Shown: piece after piece, positions 61,642 through 64,000 of the stretch
How positions within the stretch are numbered: the first letter of the stretch is position 1
Layout of the letters: each line of letters starts with the position of its first letter
From: Octopus bimaculoides
Lineage: Eukaryota
Assembly (NCBI RefSeq): GCF_001194135.2
Contig: NC_068986.1
Coordinates: forward strand, 24,932,242 to 24,996,241
DNA length: 64,000 nt
Direction: 5' to 3'
Notes under the pieces: model-generated
Databases searched by the model: none
What the model saw: the letters and a program-made list of their open reading frames with translations, nothing else
What the model was told of the DNA's origin: nothing
Program-made: the position numbers and the translations under genes

Positions 61642-62127
61642 CCGATACATATTGCATGCATTTAAACACGTACACACATGCAAGTGTGAACGTGCGTCTG
61701 CACTTACGCGTGTCTGTGCTATATGCATGAATATTATATCGAAATCTTTCTGAGTTTACCAGTGCCAGATTTGTGTAATCGTATGCGCAGGTGCAAGGTT
61801 GCATACAGAAGCAGGCATAGACAATGGGGTGTCTATGGCATTAATACTCACTTCTAGAGACGTTACTTAGACATATCTCACTATAGACACAGACAGACAC
61901 CTATACTTGACGTGTCCGTTTTGTGTACACATACATCTGCACCTATAAACGGTAGCTCATTCTGCAAAATTCTATCAAAACACAAGCTACTTGACACGCT
62001 GTAATCCTCTCTCAAGCTCTTCTGACGCTAAACATTGCAACAGAGTACTGTCCACACTGAAAAATATTTGGAATTCTTGCCTCTTCTCTTCTGGCCACCC
62101 CACAATGTCTTATACTCATCATTTTAT

Positions 62128-62563
62128 GTTGGCACTCCGTCGATTATGACGTCAAGGGTTCCAGTTGATCCGATCAACGGAACAGCCTGCTCGTGAAATT
62201 AACGTGCAAGTGGCTGAGCACTCCACAGACACATGTANNNNNNNNNNGTGAAATTAACGTGCAAGTGGCTGAGCACTCCACAGACACATGTACCCTTAAC
62301 GTAGTTCTCGGGGAGATTCAGCGTGATACAGAGTGTGACAGGGCTGGCCCTTTGAAATATTGGTACAACAGAAACAGGAAGTAAGAGTGAGAGAAAGTTG
62401 TGGTGGAAGAGTACAGCAGGGTTCGCCACCATCCCCTGCCGGAGCCTCGTGGAGCTTTAGGCGTTTTCGCTCAATAAACACTCACAACGCCCGGTCTGGC
62501 AATCGATACCGCGATCCTATGACCGCGAGTCCGCTGCCCTAACCACTGAGCCATTGCGCCTCC
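62128..62563 (-). mobile_element. full-length SINE group C
   Basis: Collinear with the 36656 and 38446 copies. It contains an apparent 45-bp duplication across a 10-N gap, probably an assembly artefact. Confidence 0.92.
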
Positions 62564-63469
62564 CATCATCTTATAATAAACGCTTTATTTAAACGTTCCT
62601 CTTTGTTAAATGTAATCCCTGGGGACCTGTTGCCTTAGCTCAGCTCACGTTGCCTACCACCATTACATAAAATGTGTAGGGTTCACGGAACGTCTAAATG
62701 AGTCGTTTGACTTGTTACAATAAGCAGCTAAATCTACCCAGTATCTTTTGAAAAATAAACAGTAGCAGAAAGAACACAAGGTAGAACAAGTCTGGATACA
62801 TTATATCAGGACTTTTTTTCTTTTTTTGAAAGACGTGACGGTGACGGCTGGAAGGAGAGGAGTCGGACATTGTTAAGTTGACACTGAAATTTCAAGAGAA
62901 TGGTTTAACAACTACAGATTGTAAAACTAAACATTGACCCACCGCCATCACCACCACCATCATCACCAATCAAGGTGTACTTACAAAATACATCAACCGT
63001 GCTGCGTCAACATAGAAAACGACCGCATCACTGCAAAGCCAAGACAAAATAATTTAAACAAGCCCTTTGTCCATAAGAAGAGAAATCTTCCAGAGATACT
63101 CACTATCTTCTCTTCTCTGTTGCCAAGCCCTGACTCCATTAATAAATCTTCTGAATTACGATGATAATAAAGGCTACAGATAAATTACAAACCATTTCCT
63201 CAGTATGGATGATTTTTGAATATTTATGTCTGTGTATGAGTTTGTCCCTCGCCCCACCGTCTGACAACTGGCATTGGTCTATTTATGTTATCGGGCTTTT
63301 GCAGTAACTTAGCAGTTCGACAATTAAGTATTAGATTTGGAAATAAGTTCTGGACTGATTTGTTCGACTAAATTCTTTCAATGCAGTGTCCAAACATGGC
63401 TGTAACTCAATGACTGAAACTCGTAAAATATAAAAAATAAAAGGAATAATACCCAGTTAGAAAACCAAT

Positions 63470-63720
63470 TTAGAAATTGTTCATAAATCCATCCAAGACG
63501 TAGGAAATGAATTTCGAACAAATGTGCCAAAGCTACTCAAAAAAGGAACAAACTAGCTAAAAATCAGAACGTCAAGTTTGATTCAGACACCGAAATTAGA
63601 GAATTAGACAAAAACTACCAGAGTAAACATATAGGATGAGATAAAACGTATGAAGTACAAGACAGAGAAATGAAGAAAATTATTAGGAAAAAGTCCTCTA
63701 CACAAACCAGATTTTGGAAG
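63470..63720 (+). mobile_element. decayed R4/Dong-like reverse transcriptase fragment
   Basis: QDVG.EF..KCAKATQKRNKLAKNQNVKFDSDTEIRELDKNYQSKHIG*DKTYEVQDREMKKIIRK resembles the R4-clade segment DIGMEFGLDKCAK...GKL...IRELE..YKYLG...MKEKIRKEY. Confidence 0.65.
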
Positions 63721-63744
63721 AAAGGCAGTAAGTTTAGCTGGTAG

Positions 63745-63910
63745 AGCTTTAGTCGATGTAATTGACTAACTCCTGTACTTCACTGATATTTATTTTATCT
63801 GACTCGAAAATGAAAAACGAAGTTGAGATCGGCAAGATGTGAACTCAGAACGTAAAGAAATACCGCTAAGCATTAAGTCCAACGCACTAACGATTCGATC
63901 AGTTCACCGT
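63745..63910 (-). mobile_element. degenerate SINE group A
   Basis: GTCGATGTAATTGAC...GAACTCAGAACGTAAAGAAATACCGCTAAGCATT...CTAACGATTC. Confidence 0.8.
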
Positions 63911-64000
63911 CCTCGAACCAGACTAAAATTTTTAAAAACCTGAACTCGATGCTAAAAATAAGCTATTCAGTATAAATACGCTTATCTTCCTGATTACAAA

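Overview
AT-rich, microsatellite-dense metazoan scaffold with 18 N-gaps totalling about 7 kb. The repeat content points to an octopus, but this is inferred from SINE structure and was not checked against a database. The only convincing host coding sequence is the large terminal exon of a glycosyltransferase family 92 (DUF23, GALT-1-like) gene on the minus strand at 10831-11773. Its upstream exons could not be located with confidence. Most of the remainder is mobile-element debris. There are three tRNA-derived SINE groups with working names A, B and C (group A has about 25 copies), and decayed DNA transposons: two mariners, a DD37D maT, a pogo and several MITEs. There are also 5'-truncated non-LTR retrotransposons (R4/Dong-like, probable Tx1/L1-like, CR1/L2-group) and Penelope-like fragments. 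Best second-look items: (1) a 147-bp near-perfect inverted duplication with a templated-repair-like junction; (2) a SINE trimer inside one 14-bp target duplication with a recombinant middle unit; (3) a minimal hammerhead-ribozyme fold with a variant core beside a Penelope RT fragment; (4) a retroelement-microsatellite network, in which LINE fragments sit in (TAA)n and (GATA)n, SINE A carries swappable 3' tails (one shared with the GATA-embedded element), and the internal microsatellite of SINE B hosts nested insertions; (5) a palindromic double-5'-end mariner; (6) an NRF1 plus RFX X-box motif pair and a strong CTCF-like site. No prokaryotic-type system, CRISPR array, rRNA or true tRNA gene is supported.
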